Shown here: positions 14,170 through 27,543 of the stretch, piece after piece
How the letters are laid out: each line of letters begins with the position of its first letter
Numbering within the stretch: the stretch's first letter is position 1
Assembly: GCA_965644295.1 (NCBI GenBank)
Contig: CBFFRP010000078.1
Location: 229,303 to 293,302 of the forward strand
Source: Paraphysomonas bandaiensis
Taxonomy: Eukaryota > Protista > Chrysophyceae
Direction of reading: 5' to 3'
DNA length: 64,000 nt
Position numbers and translations under genes: made by a program
Notes under the pieces: model-generated
Told to the model about the DNA's origin: nothing
Seen by the model: the letters and a program-made list of their open reading frames with translations, nothing else
Databases searched by the model: none

Positions 14170-14382
14170 CGTCATCACATTTATGTACATCAAGCTTTAC
14201 ATTTATGTAAATCACAGTGCGCATTTGTGAATAATATGAGGCACATAATCCTGACAAGCACGACGTGAACCAAACCTTGAAGGGATTGGGTGTCCCTGCC
14301 CGTTATCGCCTTAGTGTACAGCATCAGATGTGCCATTTGAATTCTCCAGCAAATTTCTTGACGTATTGTTTCGAAGTCCAGG
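14170..14382 (+). repeat. Dispersed repeat fragment, homologous to 54405-54630 on the minus strand
   Basis: Shared blocks aatcctga-gcacgacgtg, tacagcatcagat, tgtttcgaagtcca. Confidence 0.6.
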
Positions 14383-14998
14383 TTAAGAAGATATATACAT
14401 CATATATCACTATCATTTAGCTTACATGATAGTTACGTCCACCTCTCCACACCCCAAACGGCAGTAACATGTATAGATTGCGTATAAATGATAAACAGTT
14501 TCTGAAGAATTAGGAGTATGGAAACTTAAGTAGTCAGCCTACAAAGAAAGCGAGGAGACATTTGACAATTAATGAATATGCCTCGACAACTATAATGGTC
14601 ATTAATGCTAGATAATAAATATTGACAGTGTATAAGATCGTGCCTATCTAAGATCGTATATGAATGATAAGTGAGATTCATCATAATTTATAATATAAGC
14701 ATTGAGTACACTGTAGATACGCAATGCTGCAATAATTAGTGGTAACAATCACGAGACATATTATATGTATCACGAATAAGCTAGTATACGACTAAATTCC
14801 TAAATGTATAACTCTGTACTCTGAGTACCCTTTGGGGTGTACCACCACACAGTTTCATAATATTATTCATAGAAAATATAAACATTATGTGATACTAATA
14901 GCAATATTTTTCCCCAGCAGAGCATTTAATCTTCAGCGTTAATTAAATTGTGTTGAAACTACAACTCAACATGATAAACTTGCTACAACGTCAGATGG

Positions 14999-16955
14999 CT
15001 ATGGAAGAAGTAAGTACGAGACCATTATGCGGTCGTCAGTAGTCGCCAGAACTGTCAAGACATGTTCTCCTACAGGCAGTTGATCATCAATGTCAACACA
15101 TAGCCAAGATTGGGAGTCTTTGGGATGTTTCTGCGTATAAGTCAACCTCCTTGCAGTTTCCTTCTTGAACGAAAACGAGTCCTTATCTTTGACATTTTCA
15201 GTCAGATAAAGTTCAGTATCACATTCCCAGAAATTCTTAAACCCCTTCGGAACTTTACCCCAATTTCCTGGTGGTTGGCAAATAAATGAATTTCCTGGCG
15301 CTGTGACCTTCGCTGAAAGGGAAAGCGGACCACTTTCTTTGTTACCGTACAACATGTATTTGAAATCGCGATACCCTTGAGATTTTGCTTTCTTGATGAT
15401 ATTAGGGTCGGTGAGCATCTCAAATATGGCCAACTCAAACCCCTTTGACCCATCATTGTTGCGTAAAACCAAACTCTCTAGAGAAAAGTCATCATTAGCC
15501 CGAGGCTGAAAAGATGTGTAACACTGTACACCGTTATACGGGGACGGATATATTGGTGCGGGAGGAATGTGATGAACCTCGGCTTTGATGTGTTTTTCGA
15601 CCAGCGCCTGAAACCCTTCCAGATTTTGATCCGAGTGCGAGAGAATTGTGTTGATGGCGTCTTTGAATATAAGCAACCAAAAAAATGAAAAATGAGCTGC
15701 GCGTAGTTCATGTCCCAGTTTACTAGGGTGCCAGGGTGCAGAACAACACCCCCAGTCTGGGATATAAGGGCCATGACACTTATATTCTTCGTAATGCCCA
15801 TGATTCCAGACCTTGACACAAACTTAACTTTAATTCATATTATAGAATAAATATAATACTATATTTAATATACATACATTAACTATTTCATAGGACCATG
15901 TATATTGTCAATGGAATCACATAAGTAGATAACATGGAATACATATTATCCATCTTATACATTGCACATACCTGAATTCCAGCCCCTCTATACTTATCAA
16001 TAACATCTACTAGTACGTTCCAATGTTGTCTAACAGCACCTTTGTTGACCTCAGCCGCTATATCCTATAAATATACAATGATAAACTCGGAAAAGGTGCA
16101 AAAGTAAACTGGGAGCATTATATAAATACAATAGCACAATATATTAGAAATATAACAAACCAACATGTGCTATCGGGCGGTAAGTGTGCTGCGATTTACA
16201 TACCTTTGGCACAGTCTGTAGCAATTTGAAACTAAATTTATCTTCATCTGTTACCTTCACTGGCTTCTTCTCTTTGCATTTGTCTTCACGCCAATTAGGC
16301 ATAAAAGAATTTGAAAAAACTACAACGGGACGAGATTTTAATTTCATTGCTTGGCGAACAAACTGTTCAAAGAGGTCTTTCTTTCGGAAGTCTCCGGCAT
16401 CGCAATTGAAACTCTGTTCCCAATGGACGATATCCGCATCAGAACCCGCAAAAGCATTAACACATAAATCATAGGGTAAGCACGGATTATTGCCAAGTGC
16501 AACATTGCGTGAGTTGATTTTAATATTCACTGCTTCAAATGCAGGAGCCATTAATCGACCAGTACGTTCAGTAAATGTAAGATTGAATGGTGTATCATGT
16601 CCAGCAGTAACAGAGGATCCCATCCAACTAATTACCAATTCATTATTGTTATTCTTCAATAATCCTTGAAGTATTTTACTTTGAAATTTTACTCTATTTA
16701 TATCACATTCTTCTATTAATACAATCTATAGATAGATAAAGGGACATACCTGAGAGTGTCCCAACTGGAATGAGGCATAGCAACACTTTTTAAAAATTTT
16801 GGATAGTCTTGAATTTTCCATCTATTTGATATCATATCAATCGTTTGATCAGTCATATCTAATGCATGTTGTAACTGATTAATAATATGATGATCAGTTG
16901 CTATGATAACATAATTAAATATTAATATATATAATAGTGTATATATAGATATCAT
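14999..16955 (-). CDS. Secreted or membrane-anchored SGNH/GDSL-hydrolase-like protein, multi-exon
   Basis: Hydrophobic N-terminus; block I-like ISWMGSSVTAGHD; RNVALGNNPCLPYD; block V-like APWHPSKLGHELRAAH in the last exon. Confidence 0.7.
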
Positions 16956-17176
16956 GAAGATGAATAGATAGATATATATACAGGTGGAATATAAGAGTAG
17001 AGTGTATTGAGATCAATGGATTGTATGAGATTACAGGGGTATGGATATGAATGATTTGTAATAGAGATTAATGTGATATCATAAGGGTGATTAGGGTGAT
17101 ATCTCTGTAATCGTGAATATGGTGGCTTATATGCAACAAGTTTTGTGACAAGTGGTAGGAATTATAGGCATATATA

Positions 17177-17314
17177 CGTATCGGCATTTTTCGGAAATAA
17201 ATTGAAACAGAAAATTCTATATATTACTGCAATGCAATTACGGATGGAATACAGATAATTATTGTCTCAATATTAGAGGCATCTTTGAACAAAAATATAT
17301 AGGATGCCGATATG
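17177..17314. mobile_element. MITE (~140 bp) with 10-bp TIR cgtatcggca, in TA-rich DNA
   Basis: cgtatcggca...tgccgatatg; near-identical copies at 17514-17637 (left-truncated) and 27018-27166. Confidence 0.8.
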
Positions 17315-17513
17315 TATATATATATACAGTATGTATATGTGTGTATATGGATGTGTGTGTATACGTATACTCTATGTTGCATATGTGTATGTCGTATGTC
17401 TGTCTGTACAGTGGTATATGGTATATGTAGATGTGTACACACTGCTGTATATATAGTATATGGTATACCTCTGGTTCTATACAGCAGCACCAGCAGCAGT
17501 GCAAATCTCTATA

Positions 17514-17637
17514 CGGGAATAAATTGAAGCAAAATTCTTCTATATAGCTACAATACAACTACGGCTGGTATACAGATAATTATTGTCTCAATATTAGAGG
17601 CATTTTTCAACAAAAATATACAAAGGATGCTGATACG
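17514..17637. mobile_element. Left-truncated copy of the same MITE
   Basis: aataaattgaagcaaaattc...ggatgctgatacg. Confidence 0.75.
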
Positions 17638-17835
17638 CTTGTTAATATCATCCATCACACAACTGTATCCATAACAAACACTCTCTCTATATATACGGAT
17701 TACAGATCTTAATAATTCACATTACAAGTCTTCTATATACCACACTCTTAAGTATACTCTACACTGTCTACTGCTCCACTGTACATACATATGAGGGTTA
17801 CTACACTCTATAATATACATACACATACAAAGCCA

Positions 17836-17867
<32 letters not shown>

Positions 17868-19195
17868 CATGACTAGAGTGTATATATAGAGAGTATAGCA
17901 GATCACATTACTTTGTTTTTCTCAACTAATCTTCATTAGGGACTCCTGTTGAGTGTATGTATCACTTTACAGTCAATTGAATACTACTATATAGAAGCTT
18001 ATATCGATGTGTATTATGTAACTGCAATGCGAAATAGAAGACGGAAGGTAGTTTCCGACGTAGCAGATTTTATATACAATGTGCTGTATATACATGTTGG
18101 CTGGTTGTAAAGGTGCATTATTTCTATTGAGTTCATGCTGTGAGAATTTCCAGTATATATAAATAGTAACTTTGTGTTACGGTTAATCCCCTTCTTGAGG
18201 CAAAACCTCTCAACCTATCAACTTGATTTGGTTAAGGGTATCACTGACCCCTTCAACAACAGTCCTCTTCAGCAGATTCAGACTGAGGATCACATTGGAC
18301 CGACATGGAGACTGCTGAATGACATTGATAAGTCGATCTTATATGCCCAAACCAATTGGTGTAACAAATATATGCAGTGTCACTGTAAATAGTTATCAGT
18401 ATACCACGCTTAGGGCTAAAGTAGAAACTACACGAGGCAATGACACTAAAGATGAATCGTCGAAAATAATGAAATGGACGGAATGGAACAAAGAATCACA
18501 CTCCTCGCCCACACTCCTCGCCCACGTTTGATGATATATTTGTGCTTTGGTAGTACCTCTCGTGGATTGTCAAAGTATGTTGATGAATATAATATGAATT
18601 TGTGAAAGCAGATAGTGTGGAGAAAGTTATAGTATTTCAGGGTTAAGGGTTAAGATAGTGACCCTAATGTACTATTGTACTATTCCATAATAATTTTTTG
18701 GTTTTTAAGGAAAAGGTGATAACTTGTATATTGAAAGAAATGCTTTGTTTCATATTGCAACTTTGATTACAAATTAATCCATTCTACACATCAAGCAATA
18801 GAAGTTCGGTATTCTGTATTCTCACTTAGAATACTTCAATAATCATCATATAAGGGATTATAGCATTAATAAATACTTCGATATCAACTTTAGCCATTTA
18901 GTATGAAAAAAATATCATAATTTAAGTGGGCATTGTTACATAACTAAACTACCATGAAGCAGATTTACTATTTCCGACAGGTTGCATTATATCTTATGTC
19001 TTATCTTGACTTCTACTTCCATGAATCAGTTTCATGAAATTAGTCACAAAATATTTCTCTTCTTATATAGTTAGTATTTAGTATAACACACAGTGTTCAA
19101 AATATACCACGGGGAATGGTGCTAATAAATAAGAATAACAAAATACTGGCCTAGAATTGCGCATTTCATCTAACTAGCAAATACAAAGCATGTAG

Positions 19196-20702
19196 TTAAT
19201 ATCTCAGATCAATGTCAACAACAGGAATATCATCATCTTCATCGTCCTGCTCATATGAGTACTGCTGCTCTTCCTCACCATATTCATCATCACCATCTTC
19301 TGATATTCCTTGGCTTGGTGTTCTCATCAGAGAAGGGTTTTGATTATTACCTTGTATTCCTGCGTTCGACACGCTACTGTGAGACCTTAACATGCGATTT
19401 TCTGGCAATTTATCGTCATGTACACTCATGCTAGAAGCTTGACGACGAAAAGGTATAGAACTACCACCCATAGTAGCATTACCGGAGCTGTTGGTAGAAG
19501 TACCATTAGTAACATGTGTACTACTGTTGTCATATACTTTGCTATAATACGGGTCGTAAGCATCATCGTAATAGTTGTTGCCTTCATACCCATGTGGAGG
19601 CGACTGGGATTGCGAGAAGTGATTTTGATGTGGTGTTTTCAAATTCCGTTGTTTTCGCAGTGAAGTGGTGAAATCGTCATTATCTGAAGTTGCCCTAAGT
19701 ATACGACATTAAACGTAATAGGTTCCATAAATATGTAACCATAGAGCGAGTATAGGGACCAAACTATACAATCTGCAGTGCATGAAGCGACCTAGATGCC
19801 TACATAGCAGGTACTGTATATCGCTACACCAGCGCTACCTTCTCATTATTTCAGAAAATGTTGGGCCTGCGAAAGACTTCTCCGTTGAAGGGACACCTGT
19901 CCGTCCTACAAAATTATACCTCAGTTCATGTTGCTACAGAAAGCATGGCGGAATCACCACTACAGGTCGTACCGTTGCGTTGAGAGACTCTATTGAATGA
20001 TTCATTAATCGCCTATTCATTAAAGGCGATAGATTAGAACAGACTAGAATAAAATACAATTTCACCTTTTTCGCACTCAGTTTTTGCTTGTTATTCGGAG
20101 AAGCTTTGAGCGCGTTTAACTTCTTGTTGAGCGAGGCTACATGATCTAATAGATAAAGAGGTTAAATATATAAGAATATCAATACAGTAGACAACAAAAA
20201 AGCCAATATAAAAAGACAAATATTCCTATTCATCTTCATTGTTGTGCAAATACAAGCCTCAAATACACATACTTCGTAGTTTAGCTATGACGTCATCAGA
20301 TCTATCCTTTTGATCAACTAATCTCTCTTCCAATTCTCGTTTTTCTAGTATCAGTTGTTTGTTAGTTGCCTTCAAACGTGAAATTTCTTCACTTAATTGC
20401 TGAACATGATTCTCTAACTCGATTCTTACATCTGGCCTCTCAAATTTAGGTGCTAATGTTGCAATATTAGGCTATATATACAGTATATATACAGTTAGTA
20501 GTTTAATGTATAATAAAATATATAATATTACTTTAGTTGACATATATGCTGATGATATATCACTTGATTGATGTCCATATGAGGATCTCTTATGACTACT
20601 CTGATGGGATTCATTCTCTGATCTTGAGGGTATATCAGGTTGTTTAGAGGCTTGACCACCTCTAATCTTCATTAGAAGTGAATGTGGATCAAATGAGTCC
20701 AT
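19196..20702 (-). CDS. Coiled-coil / low-complexity protein of unknown function, multi-exon
   Basis: ORFs 20702-20472 and 19642-19196, plus an internal exon ELENHVQQLSEEISRLKATNKQLILEKRELEERL (heptad pattern); acidic C-terminus. Confidence 0.65.
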
Positions 20703-20889
20703 AGATGATGTGTATAAGATAGTAAAACTAGTAATTTATGTATATATGGGGGTTGTTTAAGATTATATCAACTGTTATATTAGTAGGAACAGTAGTGTAT
20801 ATACAGTGCAGTATATGTATATGTATATCTATATGTATATATAGTGTACATGTGTAGAGAGGACGATAGCATATACATATATAGGTGTG

Positions 20890-20920
<31 letters not shown>

Positions 20921-21321
20921 TGTAGATACGCTGAAGCAATTCCTAGTAGTTCATACGTAGTATACTGTGCATATACGATACAGTATATACTATAGATAAA
21001 TCTCGTCTCCAAACTCAAAAACTGAATTTTTTTCATCAGCAAGTGGTGTAAGTGGTTTGAAAGTTGCTGTGAGTGTACTGGTATGACGTGGTGATGATGA
21101 CTTCGTTTTCTGGAATAAAACACGCAGTCAATAATAAGAAGAATAATATGAAGTTTTATGTATAGATTCTATCTGATTGGTTTAAACAATGAAGTCACTT
21201 CAACTTCTACTTGCAGTTCGACTTCTATTTAGATGAGAATTATACATACATCATGGTCATAATTACATGAACATTAACAAGATTAAAGTCTTATTAAAAT
21301 TTATATAATAAAGTGATTAAA

Positions 21322-23991
21322 ATGAGTATGAATAGTGAAAGTTTTACTGAAAGATCAGCGGAGTTATTAAATGCTGCAATTGATTTAGCTAAAAGTTATG
21401 GAAACTCTCAATTGTTACCAGCTCATTTGGCTCTGGCTATGTTACAAGATGACAGTAAACTAGCATCTAATTGTCTGAAACGAGCTGGAGGGGATCCTCC
21501 AATGGCTGCAGAAGCAATTCAAAGGATTATACAGAAAGCTCCATCTCAATCCCCTCCACCACAATCTGTTCCTGCATCATCTGATTTTACTAAAGTGATT
21601 GTAGAGGCTGAAAAAGTACAAAAAAAGCTTGGAGATTCACATATGGCTGTAGATCATCTTTTACTTGGGCTATGTGTAATCAGGGACATACAGAGTGCCT
21701 TTGGTGTTAGCAAGAGTGCTCTTGAAGATGCAGTAAAGAGTCTACGTGGTAATCGAAAGGTCACTTCTCGTACTGCTGAAAATACCTACGACGCGTTGTC
21801 CAAGTATGCTCAAGATCTAACTGCTGCAGCGGAGAAAGGTGCTCTCGATCCCGTTATTGGTCGAGATGACGAAATTCGTCGGGTTATAGGTGTTCTTGCC
21901 AGACGCAGAAAAAATAACCCTTGTCTTATCGGTGAACCTGGGGTTGGTAAAACAGCAATTGTAGAAGGCCTAGCACAAAGAATATTAAAGGGAGATGTTC
22001 CTGATTCCCTGCAGTGTCGTCTTTTTTCACTTGATATGGGGGCTCTTATTGCTGGAGCAAAATATCAAGGTGAATTCGAGGAACGACTTAAAGCTGTGTT
22101 GCAGGACATTGAAAATGCGGAGGGAAATATTATCTTATTTATTGATGAGCTTCACCTCGTATTAGGAGCAGGGAAATCATCTGGTGCAATGGATGCTGCG
22201 AATTTACTCAAACCTATGTTAGCCCGAGGGCTCTTGAAATGCATTGGTGCTACAACCCTGGAAGAGTATAGAAAGTACATCGAGAAGGATGCTGCATTTG
22301 AGAGACGCTTCCAGCAGGTGTATGTCGGCGAGCCCAGTGTGGAAGACACAATATCTATTCTTCGTGGTCTCAAGGACAAGTATGAAGTTCACCATGGAGT
22401 TCGCATACGTGATTCTGCATTGGTATCAGCCGTGAAGCTGTCCAACCGGTACATCACTAACAGACAGCTTCCTGACAAGGCCATTGACTGCATTGACGAG
22501 GCATGTGCAAGCGTCCGCGTGCAGCTTGATTCTCAACCAGATGTTATTGATAAGCTCGAGCGGAAGCGACTACAGCTAGAGGTTGAGGAGCGTGCACTTA
22601 GTAAGGAGAAGGATAAGGGTTCTATTCAGCGCTTATCCGAGGTTCAGGCAGAGTTATCTAGGGTTCATGACGAATTGAGACCTTTGCTAGCTCGTATGGA
22701 CATGGAGAGAGAGAAGGTCCGAGAGTTGAATGAGCTTCAGCAAAAGCTGGATGGACTAAAGTTCAAGCTCCAGGATGCTGAACGCAAAAGAAATATGGAT
22801 ATTGCTGCCGATCTCAAGTACTACGCCATCCCTAGTGTTGAGGAGGCAATTAAGAAGGCGAAACGAGCTCTAGACGAGCAACAGAGACGTGAAATGGAAA
22901 TGGAAATGGATGGAACCGGAGCAGGAAAGCTGGTAATTGACGTAGTGGGCCCAGAACAGATATCTGATGTTGTATCTCGCTGGACTGGTATCCCTACCAG
23001 TAAGCTCTCTCAGGCCGAAAATCAGCGCCTTCTTAATCTTCCGGAGACACTTCGTGCCCGCGTTGTGGGGCAAGAGGATGCAATAGATGCCATATCTGAT
23101 GCTGTTTTACGGTCAAGATCTGGCATGTCTAGGCCTACCCAACCACTGGGGTCCTTCCTATTCTTGGGTCCCACTGGCGTTGGAAAGACCGAACTGGCTA
23201 AAGCCCTGGCCGGTGAGCTCTTCGACGATGATAAGCATGTGGTTCGTATTGATATGTCGGAGTATATGGAGGAGCATAGCGTGGCAAGGCTTATTGGGGC
23301 TCCGCCAGGTTATGTGGGACATGATGAAGGTGGTCAACTAACAGAAGCTGTTCGACGACGCCCGTACAATGTTGTTCTGTTTGATGAAATTGAGAAAGCA
23401 CATCGCAACGTTATGAATATTCTTTTGCAAGTACTTGATGACGGGAGGTTAACCGACTCCACCGGTAAGACGGTTGACTTTACAAACACAATTATCATCC
23501 TTACATCCAACATCGGAGCGGAGTTGCTGTTAACCTCCGGGGCTAGTGGTGGCATCTCCGATTCGACCAGAGAAGCAGTAATGAAGCAAGTCAGAGGTCG
23601 TTTCCGTCCTGAGTTTTTGAATAGACTGGATGACATTATTATGTTCAATCCATTGGGTCTGCAGCAGTTGCGTCATATTGTAGATATGAATCTACGTTTA
23701 ATAGCCTCTAGGCTTGTGGATAGAGATATCCAATTAGCAATGGATGACTCGGCCATAGATTTTGTACTGCAGCAATCGTATGATCCCGCATATGGCGCAC
23801 GGCCACTTCGGAGATACATGGAAAAGCATTTGGTTACCAAAATCAGTCGTGGTATGTTTGCTGGTACCATTCCTAATCACAGCAAAGTACTTATCAGTTC
23901 CGACGACACTTTAAATACACTAGCGTTCACTGTTGCACGCAATGAAAATGCGGGGCATACTGATGATTCGATGAGTGAAGATGTGTTCTAA
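21322..23991 (+). CDS. HSP104: Cytosolic Hsp104/Hsp101 (ClpB family) disaggregase, intronless
   Basis: Clp N-domain; two AAA+ modules ([15 protein letters not shown]; [26 protein letters not shown]); coiled-coil M-domain; YGARPLRR; no targeting peptide. Confidence 0.97.
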   Translation: MSMNSESFTERSAELLNAAIDLAKSYGNSQLLPAHLALAMLQDDSKLASNCLKRAGGDPPMAAEAIQRIIQKAPSQSPPPQSVPASSDFTKVIVEAEKVQKKLGDSHMAVDHLLLGLCVIRDIQSAFGVSKSALEDAVKSLRGNRKVTSRTAENTYDALSKYAQDLTAAAEKGALDPVIGRDDEIRRVIGVLARRRKNNPCLIGEPGVGKTAIVEGLAQRILKGDVPDSLQCRLFSLDMGALIAGAKYQGEFEERLKAVLQDIENAEGNIILFIDELHLVLGAGKSSGAMDAANLLKPMLARGLLKCIGATTLEEYRKYIEKDAAFERRFQQVYVGEPSVEDTISILRGLKDKYEVHHGVRIRDSALVSAVKLSNRYITNRQLPDKAIDCIDEACASVRVQLDSQPDVIDKLERKRLQLEVEERALSKEKDKGSIQRLSEVQAELSRVHDELRPLLARMDMEREKVRELNELQQKLDGLKFKLQDAERKRNMDIAADLKYYAIPSVEEAIKKAKRALDEQQRREMEMEMDGTGAGKLVIDVVGPEQISDVVSRWTGIPTSKLSQAENQRLLNLPETLRARVVGQEDAIDAISDAVLRSRSGMSRPTQPLGSFLFLGPTGVGKTELAKALAGELFDDDKHVVRIDMSEYMEEHSVARLIGAPPGYVGHDEGGQLTEAVRRRPYNVVLFDEIEKAHRNVMNILLQVLDDGRLTDSTGKTVDFTNTIIILTSNIGAELLLTSGASGGISDSTREAVMKQVRGRFRPEFLNRLDDIIMFNPLGLQQLRHIVDMNLRLIASRLVDRDIQLAMDDSAIDFVLQQSYDPAYGARPLRRYMEKHLVTKISRGMFAGTIPNHSKVLISSDDTLNTLAFTVARNENAGHTDDSMSEDVF

Positions 23992-24544
23992 ACTTCGAAT
24001 AGTCTGAACCGAAAATTTTCCCTAAAGTAGAGTAGAAGCCGCTCTAGGTGAAGGACTATATGAGTCATGTGCCTTTTCTTGTAATATAGCATATTAGCAG
24101 TATTAATAATCAGAAATGCATTGAACTGTTTAATATCTCTTTTAGCATTAGTCATCTCCAGTGAACTTTAGTTTAGTTTATGTATCTAGAGCATTTATTT
24201 ATGACATATGATGGTATATATTATTTATTATATACTAGCTACCAGACTTTACAATCTCGTAGTCAACAACAAAAGGAGAAATTTAAAAGAAAGAAATGCG
24301 TTAAAATTAAATATGATGATGAATACGTAAACATACCAGAAAAGTATGTCTTAACAAGGCCAAATTTTATGCTGCACCATAGAGTGCCACCTACATTTAT
24401 AGTCCTACCACATATCCACTGTTTATCTACTCAATATAACCTAACAAACATTCATAATGCACAACATTCTATATCACTATCTAGCTTCTATTTGTGGACA
24501 GAGCACTGAAGGCTTCCAGCAGCGACACACAGTATAAAGTAAGC

Positions 24545-26791
24545 CTACTTAGGGTTTCCTATAGGGCCAACAGTGTTGAGAAGCATTTTAGCTAATTTGA
24601 ATCGCTCCCCCATATGAATCAAAATCCTGGATGAAAGTATAGAAATTTGCTGCACATAAAAGGAAACGTTAGAGTGTCATATGGCATAAACGTGTATAAA
24701 CAATCTGACAGTCCAATGAATGATACAGAAAAAACACATAGCGCACATAATATAAATTTTACCTCAACAGTCTTCACCACAGATTCAGAGACTGACTGTG
24801 AATTCTTAATCATTGTCAATAGCGCTTCCTCCATAGCTACCGTGTTCATCAAACTGAGCATTGTATGCGCAAACATTAATCCGCTGCACGTCTCCGTCAT
24901 ATCCATCCACTGGCATATATTCATCAGACTGCGCTGAACGCAAGCTGGAACGCTATTAGTCCCATTCTCGAGTTGTAAGACAGATAAATTTCCAGACGCC
25001 ACAGAAAATCCCATAATACTGATATGAACACGAAGTCTAACTTCGTCTGCGATGCCGAAAAACGTGAACTCCGAGTGCGACAAAGGTGTGCTAGACGATG
25101 GTACTGAGCTGGAGTTTGAATAAAACTCTAAAACATCACCGGCTACTTCACGAGTGATTGCAGGCAGAGCTTGTACAGACTTGGGGGTGTCCGCAAGGTC
25201 ACAACCCATCGCGACTCTAGTCTTGATCAGCACAAGAAGATCGAGGTACACAGTCTGCACCAATATAAGAGTAGATAAGGCGGGATGCATGCTACGGCAT
25301 ATCATAACTTATCCTTTGCCTCCGCTAAAATATAGATCACCTACTACACATTCACTTACATGAAATAGAATCGCTGGGTAGGTGTTTCCCAATACATGTT
25401 TAATCAAAGGCCTTCCCGTCTCACACTGAAATATAACTCTGTCTACAGCTTCAGCTGTCCATGTCTCCGCTAGACCCAACATAGAGAACGTCTGGAGCGT
25501 CGTTGCTAGCCCCGCAAGGGTCAATAGTAATGTACGAATAGTGGGCATCACCAAGCTCTGCATAAAAAACGGAGATTAAAAGGCATCGGACAATACGAGT
25601 GGTAGCGCATGTAACAAAGTGAAAAGCTTTTAGTTGGGTTTCATCTACTACATCTCAGCTTACATTTATCTGGCTTACTGATTCACTATCAGGGGACTTC
25701 TCCAAAATTGCCTGTGCTTGCAATAGCCCATCGACCATACTCAGCACCATATTCGTATGTTGACACATCATGCCCCAAGTTGATCTACAACACAGAACAT
25801 TATTGTGATTCCACTGTCATAAAGGGCAACGAATAATACATATAAAACTAGCGAATGCTATGTAACACCTCTGTGTCATACCTCAGCTTACACTCTCCGT
25901 AGAAGAAGTTATCTGCAGACGTACCAATCACCATGTCCCAAAGTGGCAAGTGAAGATCCAATTCACATTTAAGTGCTATTGTGTGGTTGATCCTATAATT
26001 ATCATAGACATCAGATAAATGCAATACAACCCAATCCAATGGTTTGTCGCTTCACCTTAAGGTTTGATTAAACAGTGTGCTCCACGAATACACCGGATGT
26101 CCCTCTCGAATGGCCTCATGAATCATGGAAACAAAGTTTTCAATCACAGCTGTAGGCTCAAGTTTGTCCTTTTCATATCACATTAAAAACAAAAATATAA
26201 AAACATTCATATACAATATCTAGATTTACAATTTGGATGGGTTAGGTTATGCAAGATGCTCAACTACATCAAGGCGAGAGATTCGTGGAAGCGTACCTGC
26301 TTGATTGCGTCTTTTATGTCGTTTTTCGCAATCTCAATGTGTTCATCTGGGCCGGTAATATATGTGTAAAACAGCAACTCAAGAGCCGCAGAACTAACGA
26401 TTCCACCGGTTACAGCAGATGATAGAATATCTAACTGAGTTCGACGTTTCCGCTTTTCATCAGCATCATTAGGATTTAATACTCCATTAAGAACATTCGA
26501 TAGAGATTTGACAATAAAATCAATAGAATGATCATTAGCAATACAGCCCAAACCTATACATACTATTATAACACACTTCTATATATGTATGTATATATCT
26601 AACCAGTTAGAAACTCTTCTTTGGCTATATGGAGTTGAGCATGAAGCATAAGGGAGAGATGAGTGACCCTGTTTATAATATAGAGATGATAAGATGATCT
26701 GTCATGAGTTCTATATATATACATACGTCATATGATTAATATTCCAGTAATCTTTATAGGGATGTTGTGGATATGTATAATACTTTCGCAT
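24545..26791 (-). CDS. Unknown protein, paralog of the divergently transcribed 27544-30701 gene but lacking its N-terminal AP2-like part
   Basis: MRKYYTYPQH...|VTHLSLMLHAQLHIAKEEFLT|GLGC; identical RINHTIALKCELDLHLPLWD; FFGIADEVRLRVHISIM; WMDMTETCSGLMFAHTMLSL; RFKLAKML. Confidence 0.75.
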
Positions 26792-27017
26792 AATGATGAT
26801 CTAGTTGATAAAAAGAAGAATAAATTGAATTATGATGTAAATGTATATGTATATCTATCATGTTTATATAATCACATGTTCAATTCTATCTATATGTATG
26901 TATGTATATGAATTCCTAGTTAACTTAATAGTGTGTTGAATTCCATATGAAACTTTCCATATGGGTGAATCACTCTACCCAGCTGTCATACTATACTACT
27001 GTATCTATATATATATA

Positions 27018-27166
27018 CGTATCGGCAGTCATCTTATTTTTCGGAAATAAATTGAAGCAAAAATACTCTATATTACTGCAATACAACTACGGATGAAACA
27101 ATAGATAATTGTTGTCTCAATATTGAAGGCATCTTTGGACAAAAATACACAAAGGATGCCGATACG
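27018..27166. mobile_element. Full copy of the cgtatcggca-TIR MITE in the divergent promoter
   Basis: Perfect TIR cgtatcggca / tgccgatacg, following (TA)n. Confidence 0.85.
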
Positions 27167-27543
27167 CATGTAGGTATATTACCATATGGAAAATATACAC
27201 TGTATGTATGTTATGAAATTACAGTAATTTCATATGTAAGAAAAAATTCTTTTACAATTATTAAGAAAATTGTCTCTAATAAAAAAATTATTTTGTCTAC
27301 TTACTATATATGATAATTTCTATAATATAATTCCAAAATTGTCTTTTTTTTTGTTTATTACATTTTTGTTTTAAAACAAAATATTATAAATGAGATTCCT
27401 TCAAACATACGTTCGAACATTCCCAGATGTTTTATAGGGGGGATCTACTCCATTAATGCACATGATTCTATAGACACATACATATATATATATATACATA
27501 CATCCATATAATATAAACACATACATATTCATATTAAAACACA

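Noticed and set aside
18639-18656. Telomere-like agggttaagggttaag
   Set aside because: Only two units
21100-21120. Heat-shock element upstream of HSP104 (TTCtgGAA)
   Set aside because: Only two nGAAn units, expected by chance
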